The notes: generated by a model from the letters alone, not told the origin. DNA of 64,000 nucleotides from an uncultured virus (IMG/VR IMGVR_UViG_3300047561_001544) (IMGVR_UViG_3300047561_001544), one strand, 5' to 3'; positions 30,686-40,553 are shown, counted from the stretch's first letter. Translations and numbers: made by a program.

Positions 30686-31411
30686 ATGCCGCTTCCAAAA
30701 CCTAAAAAGAAAGAAAAACAGGGCGATTTTATTTCACGTTGTGCTGGTGATACGACGATGAATAAAGACTTTCCAGAAACCAAGCAACGTGTCGCAGTTT
30801 GCTATTCGCAATGGAAAGACGCTAAAGCTAGCGCAATGGCAAGTTTTGGAGATGGAGAGAATGAAGTTTTATTTGAATGTCCAGAGTGCGTACAAGCCGC
30901 ACAAAAAACTTATAGTGGTAAAAAGCGTAGCGATCTTAAAGATAGTGATTTTCTTTTTCCAGCTACCCGCAGTTTTCCCATTGTAAGTCCACAAGACGTT
31001 CGTGATGCAATTAGTAATTATGGACGTATGGGCGGTAAAATGTCATATGATGCTTTTGTTAAAAAGCTTTATAATAAAGCGCGCAGCAAGGGCCAAGAAT
31101 TTGTTAATGCTATTCCAGAAAAAACTCGTAAAGAACATAAGCTAACAGCTTCTGAAGATTCTTTAGAAGAGTATAAAAATGAGTTTATTGAAATGGCCTT
31201 GGGTTCAATCGCGGTTATTGCCGATCATGCAAAAGAAATTATTGATAATGCTAATGATCCAAAAGTAAAAGAAAATTTATCAGAACCATTTTTACAACAA
31301 CAGATTGCCTTGGCTGAAGATTATATGATGACTATTAGTAATTATGTAATGTATTCCCAAGAATCTGATCAAGAAATAGATTTAACCGAACCAAATACAA
31401 ATTTAGAATAA
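30686..31411 (+). CDS. modular phage protein (DUF6582-like central module)
   Basis: MPLPKP...FISRC module; RSDLKDSDFLFP..RSFPI module; C-terminal QIALAEDY module. Confidence 0.65.
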   Translation: MPLPKPKKKEKQGDFISRCAGDTTMNKDFPETKQRVAVCYSQWKDAKASAMASFGDGENEVLFECPECVQAAQKTYSGKKRSDLKDSDFLFPATRSFPIVSPQDVRDAISNYGRMGGKMSYDAFVKKLYNKARSKGQEFVNAIPEKTRKEHKLTASEDSLEEYKNEFIEMALGSIAVIADHAKEIIDNANDPKVKENLSEPFLQQQIALAEDYMMTISNYVMYSQESDQEIDLTEPNTNLE

Positions 31412-31419
31412 TTAAAAAT

Positions 31420-31809
31420 ATGAAAACAGAAATTAAAGCCGACGCCGCTAGCGCAGGAACATACATCGCCACTCTTTTAAATGCGGGAACTTCCTTGCAT
31501 TATTTACATTTTAGAACTCGTAGCTTCTCTGTTCATGAAGCTCTTGGCGACTTATATGAGGGTGTTATTGGATTCGCAGACACACTAACTGAAGCCTATC
31601 AAGGTCGTCATCAAGTTATTCTTGATTTCCCTTCCCAGTCGGTAACAATGCCAACAAATGAATTAGAATTTGTTTTAAAGCTCCATTCTTATGTAATTAA
31701 TGCAAGATACTCTTTTGCACCAGCTGAAGAGACTGAATTGCAAAATATTATTGATGAATTGATTGGAGCTATTGATAAAGCTGCTTATAAAATTAAATTT
31801 TTAGCTTAA
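31420..31809 (+). CDS. Dps/ferritin-like phage protein (DUF5856-like)
   Basis: HYLHF.T.SFSVHEALG.LY...D.L.EAYQG; ELQNIIDE. Confidence 0.75.
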   Translation: MKTEIKADAASAGTYIATLLNAGTSLHYLHFRTRSFSVHEALGDLYEGVIGFADTLTEAYQGRHQVILDFPSQSVTMPTNELEFVLKLHSYVINARYSFAPAEETELQNIIDELIGAIDKAAYKIKFLA

Positions 31810-31813
31810 TTAA

Positions 31814-32365
31814 ATGAAAGTAATCTATAAAAAAAAATTTATAGGTAATCAAGAAATTTTACTGGTTTCTTATTCTAGTGGATGTGAAGAATGTGGAACT
31901 GAAGAAGAATTAAATGAAGATAATTTTTACATACCCTCTGAATCAGAATACATAACCGCAGAAGAGGTTGATTTTGAAGAATCGGAAGTTGTTGAAATTG
32001 ATGCTGGTGGACTCTGGGAAAATATAAGAAAGAAAAAGACTAGGGAGGGTAAAAATTATAAGCCTGCAAAACCTGGTGATAAAGATCGCCCTTCTAAAGA
32101 AGCTTGGAAAAAAGCTCAAGCATCAGAATATCAAGGCAGAAAAGTTCAATTAAATAAACCTTTCAGAACTCCAGGTGGCCCCAAAAAGTTTTCCGTTTAT
32201 GTTAAAAATGATAAAGGAAATGTTGTAAAAGTTAATTTTGGCGACCCAAACATGACGATTAAAAAGAATATCCCAGCGCGCAGAAGAAGTTTTCGCGCTC
32301 GTATGAGATGTGATAATCCTGGCCCAAAATATAAAGCTAGATATTGGGCGTGTAAGAGTTGGTAA
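31814..32365 (+). CDS. modular phage protein (DUF6321-like C-terminal module)
   Basis: GLWENIRKKK module; EYQGRKVQLNKPFRTPGGPKKFSVYV...FRAR..C...ARYWAC. Confidence 0.75.
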   Translation: MKVIYKKKFIGNQEILLVSYSSGCEECGTEEELNEDNFYIPSESEYITAEEVDFEESEVVEIDAGGLWENIRKKKTREGKNYKPAKPGDKDRPSKEAWKKAQASEYQGRKVQLNKPFRTPGGPKKFSVYVKNDKGNVVKVNFGDPNMTIKKNIPARRRSFRARMRCDNPGPKYKARYWACKSW

Positions 32366-32407
32366 GTTTACCTTGACTAAACATAAAATACTGTTACTAT
32401 AGGAATT

Positions 32408-32704
32408 ATGATAGTAACATGGACAGCAAAAGGCGCGGATTGGAAACAATCTATTAAAGCAGGTATTGACTCTAATCCAGGAGAAATTGCTACACAATGT
32501 GTTGAAAATTTAATGACATCTCTTAAAGATGAAGACGATGAAGCTAGTTTTGGAGCGATAATCGGTATTAGCCATTCACGAATGAAAAGTGATGATGAAC
32601 ATTATTTTATGTACGCCCCACTCGTTCTTGCCAATGCTGGATTTTATGAAGATGCAGAGGCTTTAGAAAAAGCTATAGATCTTGATGCTCATATTAAAGA
32701 ATGA
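32408..32704 (+). CDS. hypothetical protein
   Basis: 98-aa ORF behind TTGACT-16-TACTAT promoter. Confidence 0.65.
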   Translation: MIVTWTAKGADWKQSIKAGIDSNPGEIATQCVENLMTSLKDEDDEASFGAIIGISHSRMKSDDEHYFMYAPLVLANAGFYEDAEALEKAIDLDAHIKE

Positions 32705-33936
32705 AAGAATCATTAACCTATGATGAGTATAGAGAGATTATGGAGTCTCTTATTGAACATCATGGAATATTTTATCAATTTTGGAGAATATGTAAACCAG
32801 TATTTTCTAATGAAGTCCCAACTGCTTGTGTAGGTTTTGATAAAGACGCTAATTGTATTGAATTTTTAATTAATAAAAAGTTTTGGAATAAACAATCTGA
32901 ACACAATAAAAAATTTGTAATTGCCCATGAATGTATTCATGTTATACATTCCCATGGAAAACGTGCTGGTAAAAAAATGTCCGCTGCTGCTAATCAAGCA
33001 ATGGACATTGTGGTTAACGAATCACTTATTAAATATTTCGGATTTGATCGTAAACAGTTTGACCCAAAAAATCAATACTATTGGCTAGACACAAGTTTCG
33101 ATAAAAAAGACAACGTATTGCCTTGGAATAATTTTGAATACTACTATAACCTTTTGCTTAAAGATAGTAAAAAAATAAAAAATAAACAATTAGTCAGTGA
33201 TCATGGTGGCCTTGGAGATATTCCAGAAGATAGCGCTCAAGAAATTATTAATCAATTGAGTGAAGAAGAAACTGAAACACTTAAAAATATAACAGAAGAT
33301 GCGGAAAAAAATAGCCGCAAAAATAAAAAACAAATCGGTAATACAAAAGGCGGGTTGATTCAAAAATTAGATAATAAAGCGGTTCCCGTAAAAAAGAAAT
33401 GGGAAACAATTATTAAACGTTTTGAAAAGAAAATGACCAGAGATGAATCGCTTGAGAATCATTGGATAATGAAAGACAGGCGACTTTTTAATTTAAATTT
33501 TGATATATTTTTGCCATCTGATATTGAACAAACCGTAAGAAAAACTGAATCTAATAAAATCGCAACTTGGTTTTTTATGGATACTAGTGGATCTTGTTGG
33601 AATTTAGCACCACGATTCTTTCGTGCCGCTAAAAGTTTAAATCCAGATAAATTTGATGTGCAATTTTTTGCATTTGATACAGATGTTTATAAAGTTGATT
33701 TAAAAAAAAATAAAGTAGATGGTGGCGGTGGAACTAGTTTCCGATGCATTACGGATTATGTGTATAAAAAACATGCACAAAATCCTTACGTTTGGGTTAT
33801 CACTGATGGATGGGGTCATGGAGCAAGTATTCCAGAAGACCAACGTAAAAAATGGAATTGGTTTTTGACGAGTGATGGAACAAGTGCCTATATACCAAAT
33901 GGTTGCAAAATTCATTCTTTAAAAGATTTTGAGTAG
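32701..33936 (+). CDS. DUF2201-type metallopeptidase-vWA domain protein
   Basis: HECIH (HExxH), N.AMDIVVN, MIDAS DTSGS, GGGTSF, ITDG. Confidence 0.88.
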   Translation: MKESLTYDEYREIMESLIEHHGIFYQFWRICKPVFSNEVPTACVGFDKDANCIEFLINKKFWNKQSEHNKKFVIAHECIHVIHSHGKRAGKKMSAAANQAMDIVVNESLIKYFGFDRKQFDPKNQYYWLDTSFDKKDNVLPWNNFEYYYNLLLKDSKKIKNKQLVSDHGGLGDIPEDSAQEIINQLSEEETETLKNITEDAEKNSRKNKKQIGNTKGGLIQKLDNKAVPVKKKWETIIKRFEKKMTRDESLENHWIMKDRRLFNLNFDIFLPSDIEQTVRKTESNKIATWFFMDTSGSCWNLAPRFFRAAKSLNPDKFDVQFFAFDTDVYKVDLKKNKVDGGGGTSFRCITDYVYKKHAQNPYVWVITDGWGHGASIPEDQRKKWNWFLTSDGTSAYIPNGCKIHSLKDFE

Positions 33937-33967
33937 ACTTTTATAAAAATATTCTTATAATAACGAT

Positions 33968-35002
33968 ATGGCTAATGATCTAGTAATGATTAAAAATAAA
34001 TTAAATCAATATTTCAAATTGGGTAAAAATGTATTACTAGAAGGAAAGCACGGAACTGGTAAGACTAGCCTTGTTACGGAAGTATTTGATAAAAATTGTA
34101 AAAATTGGCTTTATTTTTCTGGATCTACTCTTGATCCTTGGGTAGATTTTATTGGCGTTCCCAAAGAAGTAAAACGTGGAAATGATTATGTATTATCATT
34201 TGTGCTACCAGAGAAAATGAGTGATGACAGTGTAGAAGCTATTTTTATTGATGAGTATAATCGTAGCCATAAAAAAGTTCGTAACGGCACAATGGAGTTA
34301 ATTCAATTTAAAAGTATTAATGGGCGTAAATTTCCCAATTTAAAAGTAGTATGGGCGGCTATTAATCCTAATGATGATGATGATGAAATTTATGATGTTG
34401 AAGCTCTAGATGGCGCTCAAACAGACCGTTTCCAAGTACAAATTAAAGTTCCATTTATTCCAGATTATGAATATTTTGTTCAAAAATTTGGACTAGAGCA
34501 TACTAAATCTGCTCTTGAATGGTGGAATGGGATGCCAGATAAAGCTAAAAAAATGGTCTCCCCGCGCCGTTTAGATTATGCCCTTGAAATATTTAGAGAG
34601 GGTGGAGATGTATTTGACGTTCTTCCGCTTGAAACAAATCCTACAAAACTCTTGGCGACCCTAAAGGTGGGTAGTCTAGAGGATAAATTAAAAAGTTTAT
34701 TTAAAGCTAAAAATGCCGATAAAGCTAAAGCGTTCTTTGAACAGGAAAACAATTTCCAAGCCGCCTTACCTATTATTAAAAGAAACGACGAATATTTGAA
34801 GTTTTTCCTTCCAACTGTGGATAATGAAAGAATTTCATCTCTATTCTTTAGTGATAATAAATTTCGCCAATTTATTTTAGAACATGCACCATATTTTAAA
34901 CCTGCTCTTGAAGAAATTTCTAAACTAAAATCCTTAAATAAGGGGGACTTGGGGCAAATTAACCAAGCTCTTAAACAAGTTGGTAATATTACTTATTTTT
35001 AA
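33968..35002 (+). CDS. MoxR-like AAA+ ATPase
   Basis: GKHGTGKTS, FIDEYNR, AAINP, DRF, SPRR. Confidence 0.88.
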   Translation: MANDLVMIKNKLNQYFKLGKNVLLEGKHGTGKTSLVTEVFDKNCKNWLYFSGSTLDPWVDFIGVPKEVKRGNDYVLSFVLPEKMSDDSVEAIFIDEYNRSHKKVRNGTMELIQFKSINGRKFPNLKVVWAAINPNDDDDEIYDVEALDGAQTDRFQVQIKVPFIPDYEYFVQKFGLEHTKSALEWWNGMPDKAKKMVSPRRLDYALEIFREGGDVFDVLPLETNPTKLLATLKVGSLEDKLKSLFKAKNADKAKAFFEQENNFQAALPIIKRNDEYLKFFLPTVDNERISSLFFSDNKFRQFILEHAPYFKPALEEISKLKSLNKGDLGQINQALKQVGNITYF

Positions 35003-35187
35003 CAATAAAAAAGCTCTTTTAGAAAACTCCAACTAGCAGCACCAGCTACCCCAAGCTGTGCAGTAAAAGCTGCGGTATGAGTTATCTGACCAAATAAAAG
35101 CAAAACAGATCCAGTAAGTAATAATAATGAAACAACTCCTAAAGTATTTAAACAATTATTAATTGCTTGCTTCATTTTTTTACTCAT
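34999..35187 (-). CDS. small two-TM membrane protein
   Basis: 62 aa with two hydrophobic segments. Confidence 0.5.
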   Translation of the reverse strand: MSKKMKQAINNCLNTLGVVSLLLLTGSVLLLFGQITHTAAFTAQLGVAGAASWSFLKELFYC

Positions 35188-35191
35188 AAAT

Positions 35192-35509
35192 TTAATTATT
35201 TTTATTGCTTAAAACGGCTACAGATCGTTCAATTTCTCTGAGCCTAATCTCAATAAGATCGAGAGTCTTATTTTGAGTATTATCAATTTGATTTTTAATT
35301 TCTAATTGGCCTAAAATTAATTCAATTTTTTGAATTTGTTCTTGGCTTTTTTGAAATTCTGATCGGGTAATAAATGTATTTTGTAGGTAAAGACTGGCGA
35401 TCATAAAGCCTAAAATAGCCAATTTCCATATATTATCAAAAGATAAAAGTTCATGTAAAGTTATTGGTTTCGGGTTGTTATGAACCTTAATTTTATTAGA
35501 AGTAACCAT
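35192..35509 (-). CDS. single-TM coiled-coil protein
   Basis: TM followed by heptad-rich region. Confidence 0.6.
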   Translation of the reverse strand: MVTSNKIKVHNNPKPITLHELLSFDNIWKLAILGFMIASLYLQNTFITRSEFQKSQEQIQKIELILGQLEIKNQIDNTQNKTLDLIEIRLREIERSVAVLSNKNN

Positions 35510-35551
35510 ATCCTATGTAGTTAATATTACATTTAAAATCTTTGATATAAC

Positions 35552-36373
35552 CTATATATTTGTCCAATCTTTTAAGAGAAGATTTTGTATTAAAACTTTA
35601 TTTGGAATATCGCGTTTAATCCATTTTGATGGCATAATAACCTTTTTATTTATATTTTTATTTAAAAATGCAGCCCACCAAGAAAATGTACTATTAGAGA
35701 TAATATTATGATCACATAAACTCATTAAAATAAAATCTAATAAATCATTAGAACCTTCACTAAAATAAAAATTTTTATAATTATAAAAATTATTTTTACA
35801 CCATTCTATATCGTCCGAAGTAACAAAAAAATTATAATCTCCATCAAAATGCTTAATCGCTTTATTAATGTATTCCACATCATTTAAATAGAATAAATTT
35901 TTATATTCTTGAACATAATCTCCTCTTCGAAAATGTATACTAATAATTTCTTTATTATTATATTTTTGTAAAATATTTTTAGCCTTTAAAATTAATTCAT
36001 CATGAATAATTAATTCATTTTTTAATTCTTTTTCGTATTTTATAAAACATTTATATGATTGAAACCAACCTTCTATAGAAGTATTATTTGGGATATTATA
36101 TATTAAATTTTCATAATCATAATTAATTATATCATCTTCTATATTACATGGTTCTTTAAATATGTTATTAATTTCTAAATTATTACTAGTTTTTGTTTTT
36201 AAATTAAATACATCATATAAATGACATTTCATAAATGGATTGGTATGTAATATATTTTGCTCTGGAAGTATTAATTCGGTATTTAGTTCTTTAGCAGCTG
36301 CAAAACAAATTGAGTATTGAAATAATTGGTTTCCTAACCTTCCATTATTACCTATGTTTAAATTTGTTATCAT
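35552..36373 (-). CDS. GT11 alpha-1,2-fucosyltransferase
   Basis: GRLGNQLFQY, HFRRGDY, SDDIEWC, NSTFSWWAA. Confidence 0.92.
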   Translation of the reverse strand: MITNLNIGNNGRLGNQLFQYSICFAAAKELNTELILPEQNILHTNPFMKCHLYDVFNLKTKTSNNLEINNIFKEPCNIEDDIINYDYENLIYNIPNNTSIEGWFQSYKCFIKYEKELKNELIIHDELILKAKNILQKYNNKEIISIHFRRGDYVQEYKNLFYLNDVEYINKAIKHFDGDYNFFVTSDDIEWCKNNFYNYKNFYFSEGSNDLLDFILMSLCDHNIISNSTFSWWAAFLNKNINKKVIMPSKWIKRDIPNKVLIQNLLLKDWTNI

Positions 36374-36455
36374 TATAATTGATACTATTTAAAATAATTT
36401 TTTCTAATTTTTATTAGAATCTATCCTAATAAAGATATAATATCTTACACATAAA

Positions 36456-37109
36456 ATGGCTTATTTAAATATTCCAATTCCACCTATAGAATGTTATGTT
36501 AGAGGTAACTTTTTAAGAAATCAACAGGATTCATTTGATAAAAAATTTGAGTGTTATATTTTTGGAATGAGTTCTATTCCCAATAAAACCCCGTTATTTC
36601 ATTTTATGATGAGTGATGGGGGGTTATGGTGGAGGATGCCATTGCATGCATTTTGCTGGAAAGAAGAGGCAAAAGAACAGGAGTTAGATGAACTTGTTCT
36701 TTGGGACTCTTATTCATATTACGTTTCTATTACACAATTTCCGATGTTGAAAAATTCCCCAGTAGAGTTTTTTAGTAGACGTAAAAATAAATATAAAGGT
36801 AGAATTCTTTTTACACTAGACTGGGCTCAAGAAGATAGAACTATTCCATATGTTGGATTTTCTGAACATCCTTCTCAACATAAATGTGGACATTTTATTA
36901 TGATGGATAATGGTAATTACGCTATACAACCAAATAATAGATTATTAGTTTTTGATAGCACTTTTTATACGAATAAAAAGCCGTTAATAGAAAGAAAATA
37001 TAATTCACAAGAATGGTCTTCGGAAGGTAACCCTAAATGGATGACTCCAGATAGTGATAATATATCATTTGATTTTATTAATACAGAGACAAATGAAGAT
37101 AATATTTGA
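36456..37109 (+). CDS. conserved phage hypothetical protein
   Basis: MAYLNIPIP, WWRMPLHAF, QHKCGH, GNYAIQPNNR. Confidence 0.7.
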   Translation: MAYLNIPIPPIECYVRGNFLRNQQDSFDKKFECYIFGMSSIPNKTPLFHFMMSDGGLWWRMPLHAFCWKEEAKEQELDELVLWDSYSYYVSITQFPMLKNSPVEFFSRRKNKYKGRILFTLDWAQEDRTIPYVGFSEHPSQHKCGHFIMMDNGNYAIQPNNRLLVFDSTFYTNKKPLIERKYNSQEWSSEGNPKWMTPDSDNISFDFINTETNEDNI

Positions 37110-37665
37110 TCATACGAATGGTGAATTTAATAAAAATGGAAATTCTTTACTAGAAGTTTTTGCTATAAAAGAGGGGGAATCTGATGAATATATGTTTAAT
37201 AATGGGTGGTTACCATTTCAAGATAGATGGTATCAAACTAGATCATCTAGATTAAAACTTTCACCAGTTTCTAAAAGAAGAAAAAAAGAACTGTCAAAAA
37301 TTAATATCTCACATATTAATAATATTTTTGATATTGCTGATAAGGCTATTATTTATGAAAAATTTGACTATAATTATTTAAAAGATTATCTTAAATTAAA
37401 TTATTTCAAATTCTTTTTTGACGATTGTTTTTGTGGTGTTGTTAATTTGATTAATGATATACCATATTATACTTTTATGCTATGGGATGAATCAAATAAA
37501 GATCATTCTTATGGAACATTATCATTTTATTATCTTATAGATAAATTTTATAATGAAGGTCATAAATATTTATACACTTCAGAATATTACCCTTTATTTT
37601 CTTATAAAGAAAATTTACAAGGGTTTGAATGGTGGAATGGTGAGCAATGGGTCTGTAAAGATTAA
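37093..37665 (+). CDS. aminoacyl-tRNA-protein transferase-like GNAT protein (ATE/Bpt C-domain-like)
   Basis: GW...WYQTRSSR; SYGTLS...G.KYLY...YK...FEWW. Confidence 0.6.
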   Translation: MKIIFDHTNGEFNKNGNSLLEVFAIKEGESDEYMFNNGWLPFQDRWYQTRSSRLKLSPVSKRRKKELSKINISHINNIFDIADKAIIYEKFDYNYLKDYLKLNYFKFFFDDCFCGVVNLINDIPYYTFMLWDESNKDHSYGTLSFYYLIDKFYNEGHKYLYTSEYYPLFSYKENLQGFEWWNGEQWVCKD

Positions 37666-37702
37666 TATTGATTTTTTAATCAGATATATTTACCATGTAT
37701 TC

Positions 37703-38401
37703 ATGGATAATACAGTAGAGTTAATCGGTTACTATGGTTCAGACGACGTTCACGCCTGTTCAGCTTGGACTTCGACAAGTAGAGAGATTACAGAAGAAAA
37801 GCGCGCGCGAATTCCAAGTCTATTAAAAATGCTTGCCGAAGCTGGTCATCACACCCCATTTGAAAAGTCTTCACTACATTTTTTAGTTAATTGCGATATC
37901 GCTAGTCATATTCATTTGATAAAACATCGTGTTGGGGTTAGTGTTAATGGAGAATCTGCCCGTTATAAAGAATTAAAAGAAGACAAATATTACATTCCTG
38001 ATGATTGGAAGGATATTGGATGCGAAGACGATTCTAAGTCATTTAATTATCAATTTAACAGATTTGGGCAAAGAATCGAACTTTTTGGAGAAAAGTGGAC
38101 AGATATTCTTGAAGAATATACAAATCTAGGCAATGATCTCTATCATAAATGCCTCGAAGACCTTGAGCCTACTCTTGGTCGTAAACGCGCTAAAGAAAGC
38201 GCAAGATATTTTAAAGGTTATAATTCACAGATTCAAGCAGATGTAATGTTTAACTGGAGATCATTCTATCATTTTCTAGAACTTCGCAATAAAGAAGACG
38301 CTCAAAAAGAAATTCGAGAAATAGCTGCTACTATGTTAGAACTCGTAAAAAATATTGAGGGTAATCCTTTTAAATATACCCTTGAAGCTTTCGGATATTA
38401 A
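37703..38401 (+). CDS. thyX: FAD-dependent thymidylate synthase
   Basis: GHHTPFE, KHR...S..SARY, NWRS..HFLELR, AQKEIR. Confidence 0.95.
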   Translation: MDNTVELIGYYGSDDVHACSAWTSTSREITEEKRARIPSLLKMLAEAGHHTPFEKSSLHFLVNCDIASHIHLIKHRVGVSVNGESARYKELKEDKYYIPDDWKDIGCEDDSKSFNYQFNRFGQRIELFGEKWTDILEEYTNLGNDLYHKCLEDLEPTLGRKRAKESARYFKGYNSQIQADVMFNWRSFYHFLELRNKEDAQKEIREIAATMLELVKNIEGNPFKYTLEAFGY

Positions 38402-38443
38402 AATTAATTTTTACTTATACTCTTATACAAGATATTATATAGT

Positions 38444-38929
38444 GTGGAGTTACAACAGTTACTTAATACAAAAGAACTAGCAGGGTTGAATTTAGAAATC
38501 ATGTTCGGCGCTGTTCCTAGAAATTTAGTAGCAGATAATTCTAAAAAATTTAATAAACGTAAAACAAAAAATTTATTCTATATAATATTTGGTGTTTTCT
38601 TAAAAGAATCTAATCAATATATAGTATTTTCTAGTATTTTTAAATCAAAACGTAAGAGTACAGATGACAGTTTATTTGAAGAGATAATGGTTGATTCCGC
38701 TGTTTATGAAGACGAACAGGACGTTCTAAATCATATTTATGATTTTATAAATAGTTTTTCAGAACATGATAGATATATTAACGAGGAAATAGCTAAATTA
38801 GAAATGATGCCCGCACAAGAAGCTTTTAATTACTTAGTGCTTTGGAATAAAGGAGTTTTTGATTATTTTAATGATTTGTTAAAGACGCGAAAGATAAAAA
38901 AAAATGGATTGTTTAATCTTTTTAAATAA
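38444..38929 (+). CDS. hypothetical protein
   Basis: 161-aa ORF. Confidence 0.6.
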   Translation: MELQQLLNTKELAGLNLEIMFGAVPRNLVADNSKKFNKRKTKNLFYIIFGVFLKESNQYIVFSSIFKSKRKSTDDSLFEEIMVDSAVYEDEQDVLNHIYDFINSFSEHDRYINEEIAKLEMMPAQEAFNYLVLWNKGVFDYFNDLLKTRKIKKNGLFNLFK

Positions 38930-38938
38930 TATAAGAAT

Positions 38939-39166
38939 ATGTATTGGCCATCTATGCAAATGTTTAAAGGAAGCGATACTTGGAAAAAATTACCCAAGCA
39001 AATGAAGTGGAGTTTTTTAGGTATGTGGAAATTAGAAGACTCTCAAATGAATTTAGAGCATCCAGAATATAAAATTCAGCCAAATATGGCTTATATTAAT
39101 AAAAGAAAAGTCGGATTTAAGCCTGCAGTAAAACCCGAAGAATCAAAAATTAATTCTGATAATTAA
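38939..39166 (+). CDS. hypothetical protein
   Basis: 75-aa ORF. Confidence 0.55.
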   Translation: MYWPSMQMFKGSDTWKKLPKQMKWSFLGMWKLEDSQMNLEHPEYKIQPNMAYINKRKVGFKPAVKPEESKINSDN

Positions 39167-39491
39167 TATAGGCCCAAATTTTTCCAGCACCAGTTGTTGG
39201 GGTAGCAAGTCTTATAGAAGTAATAGGTGAGTCTAAAAATGCTGGAGACATATAACCCGTAACCCCAGTAGTAGTATAAAAAGTATAATTATCATTAACT
39301 CCGCCTTGTGCAAATGATGCGTCATAAGGGCTTAAAAGAGATTTTCCTTGTAAATTAATAGTTGCAGTATTTCCACTAACATATGCTACAATTAAAGCGT
39401 TACGACTTAATGCAGTATTAACCCAACTTCCTGTAAATGGAAGTGATTGTCCAGTTGCTAAATACTCAGTTTTAATTAAAAAGGAATTCAT
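39150..39491 (-). CDS. hypothetical protein, beta-rich, possibly virion-associated
   Basis: T/G/S-rich 113 aa; GTGTAA motif 12 nt upstream (39504-39509, minus). Confidence 0.6.
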   Translation of the reverse strand: MNSFLIKTEYLATGQSLPFTGSWVNTALSRNALIVAYVSGNTATINLQGKSLLSPYDASFAQGGVNDNYTFYTTTGVTGYMSPAFLDSPITSIRLATPTTGAGKIWAYINYQN

Positions 39492-39549
39492 ACTAATTTA
39501 TATTTACACATAAAATTGACAAATTTAATTATAATAATTAATATATTAT

Positions 39550-39966
39550 GTGAAAAGAGACAAAGCTAAAATTTTTTTAAGAGAAATCTGCAGAGAATAT
39601 GAAGTTAAAGTCATATTTCGTAAGCTTTCTGGCGACATAGACGGAGAGTGCGATCAAAAGGCTAATTTTATTAATATAGATAAAAACTTGACCGCAAAAG
39701 AGATGGCTCAAGCAGTTTTTCATGAATTAGGGCATGTTTACTGTATTAGAAAAGGTATTTGGGAAAAATTCCATGAAGATCCACAATACCCAGCTCTTAA
39801 AAGTTTTAAAGTTGAAAATTGGGTAGAATGGTGGGCAAAAAAAGAATGGGATGCACAGGGAATGAGAAAGCTATTTGGTCAATATAAATTTGTTTATTTG
39901 AAAAAAAATAAAAATGAATTAATCAAATGGTTTAAAGCTGAATTTAATGCACCAAGATTATCATGA
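39550..39966 (+). CDS. ImmA/IrrE-like HExxH metallopeptidase
   Basis: INIDKNL...VFHELGH...E. Confidence 0.7.
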   Translation: MKRDKAKIFLREICREYEVKVIFRKLSGDIDGECDQKANFINIDKNLTAKEMAQAVFHELGHVYCIRKGIWEKFHEDPQYPALKSFKVENWVEWWAKKEWDAQGMRKLFGQYKFVYLKKNKNELIKWFKAEFNAPRLS

Positions 39967-40232
39967 AGCATATTATTACTGAAACTTTTGGGGCTATAAT
40001 GACAATATGTTTTATGTTTTGTTACGTGCCACAGATTGTTACTATTTTTAAAAATAAATTTTCTCGTGGACTTTCACTTGGACTTGTAATAATGTCAATT
40101 TGCGGCTATATATCTGGAATGATCTACATGTTTCTAACACAATTTGGTATATGGTGGTTTTTAAATTATTGCGTTGGGCTTATAATGTGTGTAGTATTAG
40201 TATACGCTTGGTATAAATTTAGAAAAAATTAG
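39963..40232 (+). CDS. PQ-loop / SemiSWEET-like transporter
   Basis: 3 TMs, YVPQIV...K..GLSL. Confidence 0.8.
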   Translation: MKHIITETFGAIMTICFMFCYVPQIVTIFKNKFSRGLSLGLVIMSICGYISGMIYMFLTQFGIWWFLNYCVGLIMCVVLVYAWYKFRKN

Positions 40233-40248
40233 TTCTTTAAAATTTTAT

Positions 40249-40323
40249 GCGCGGTTAGCTTAGCGGTAGAGCAGGTCCTTTACACGGACAAGGTCGGGGG
40301 TTCAATCCCCTCACCGCGTACCA
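40249..40323 (+). tRNA. tRNA-Val(TAC)
   Basis: Cloverleaf, acceptor GCGCGGT/ACCGCGT, loop TT-TAC-AC, CCA encoded. Confidence 0.93.
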
Positions 40324-40328
40324 TTTTT

Positions 40329-40399
40329 GGGGGTATAGTTTAATGGTAAAACTACGCACTTGCACTGCGTTGATACTGGTTCGATTCCTGTTACCTCCA
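40329..40399 (+). tRNA. tRNA-Ala(TGC)
   Basis: ACGCA-CTTGCAC-TGCGT; G3:U70 in GGGGGTA/TACCTCC. Confidence 0.9.
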
Positions 40400-40402
40400 T
40401 TT

Positions 40403-40484
40403 GCCCGAATGGTGAAATTGGCAGACACGACAGACTTAGGATCTGTTTCCGTAAGGAATGTGGGTTCGAATCCCTCTTTGGGCA
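40403..40484 (+). tRNA. tRNA-Leu(TAG)
   Basis: ACAGA-CTTAGGA-TCTGT, long variable arm, A73. Confidence 0.93.
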
Positions 40485-40553
40485 CTTTCTTCTTGATTTA
40501 TTAATAAAATATTCTATAATGAATAAAGCGTGTGAAGCAAGTGTTCTACTACA

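Noticed and set aside
1066..33915. Short antisense or out-of-frame ORFs nested in long genes (e.g. 1066, 2579, 4471, 8146, 23768, 29048-30014, 32150, 33700)
   Set aside because: Nested in well-supported CDSs, no motifs
40329..40399. tRNA-Cys(GCA) reading
   Set aside because: Loop register gives TGC, and G3:U70 marks Ala
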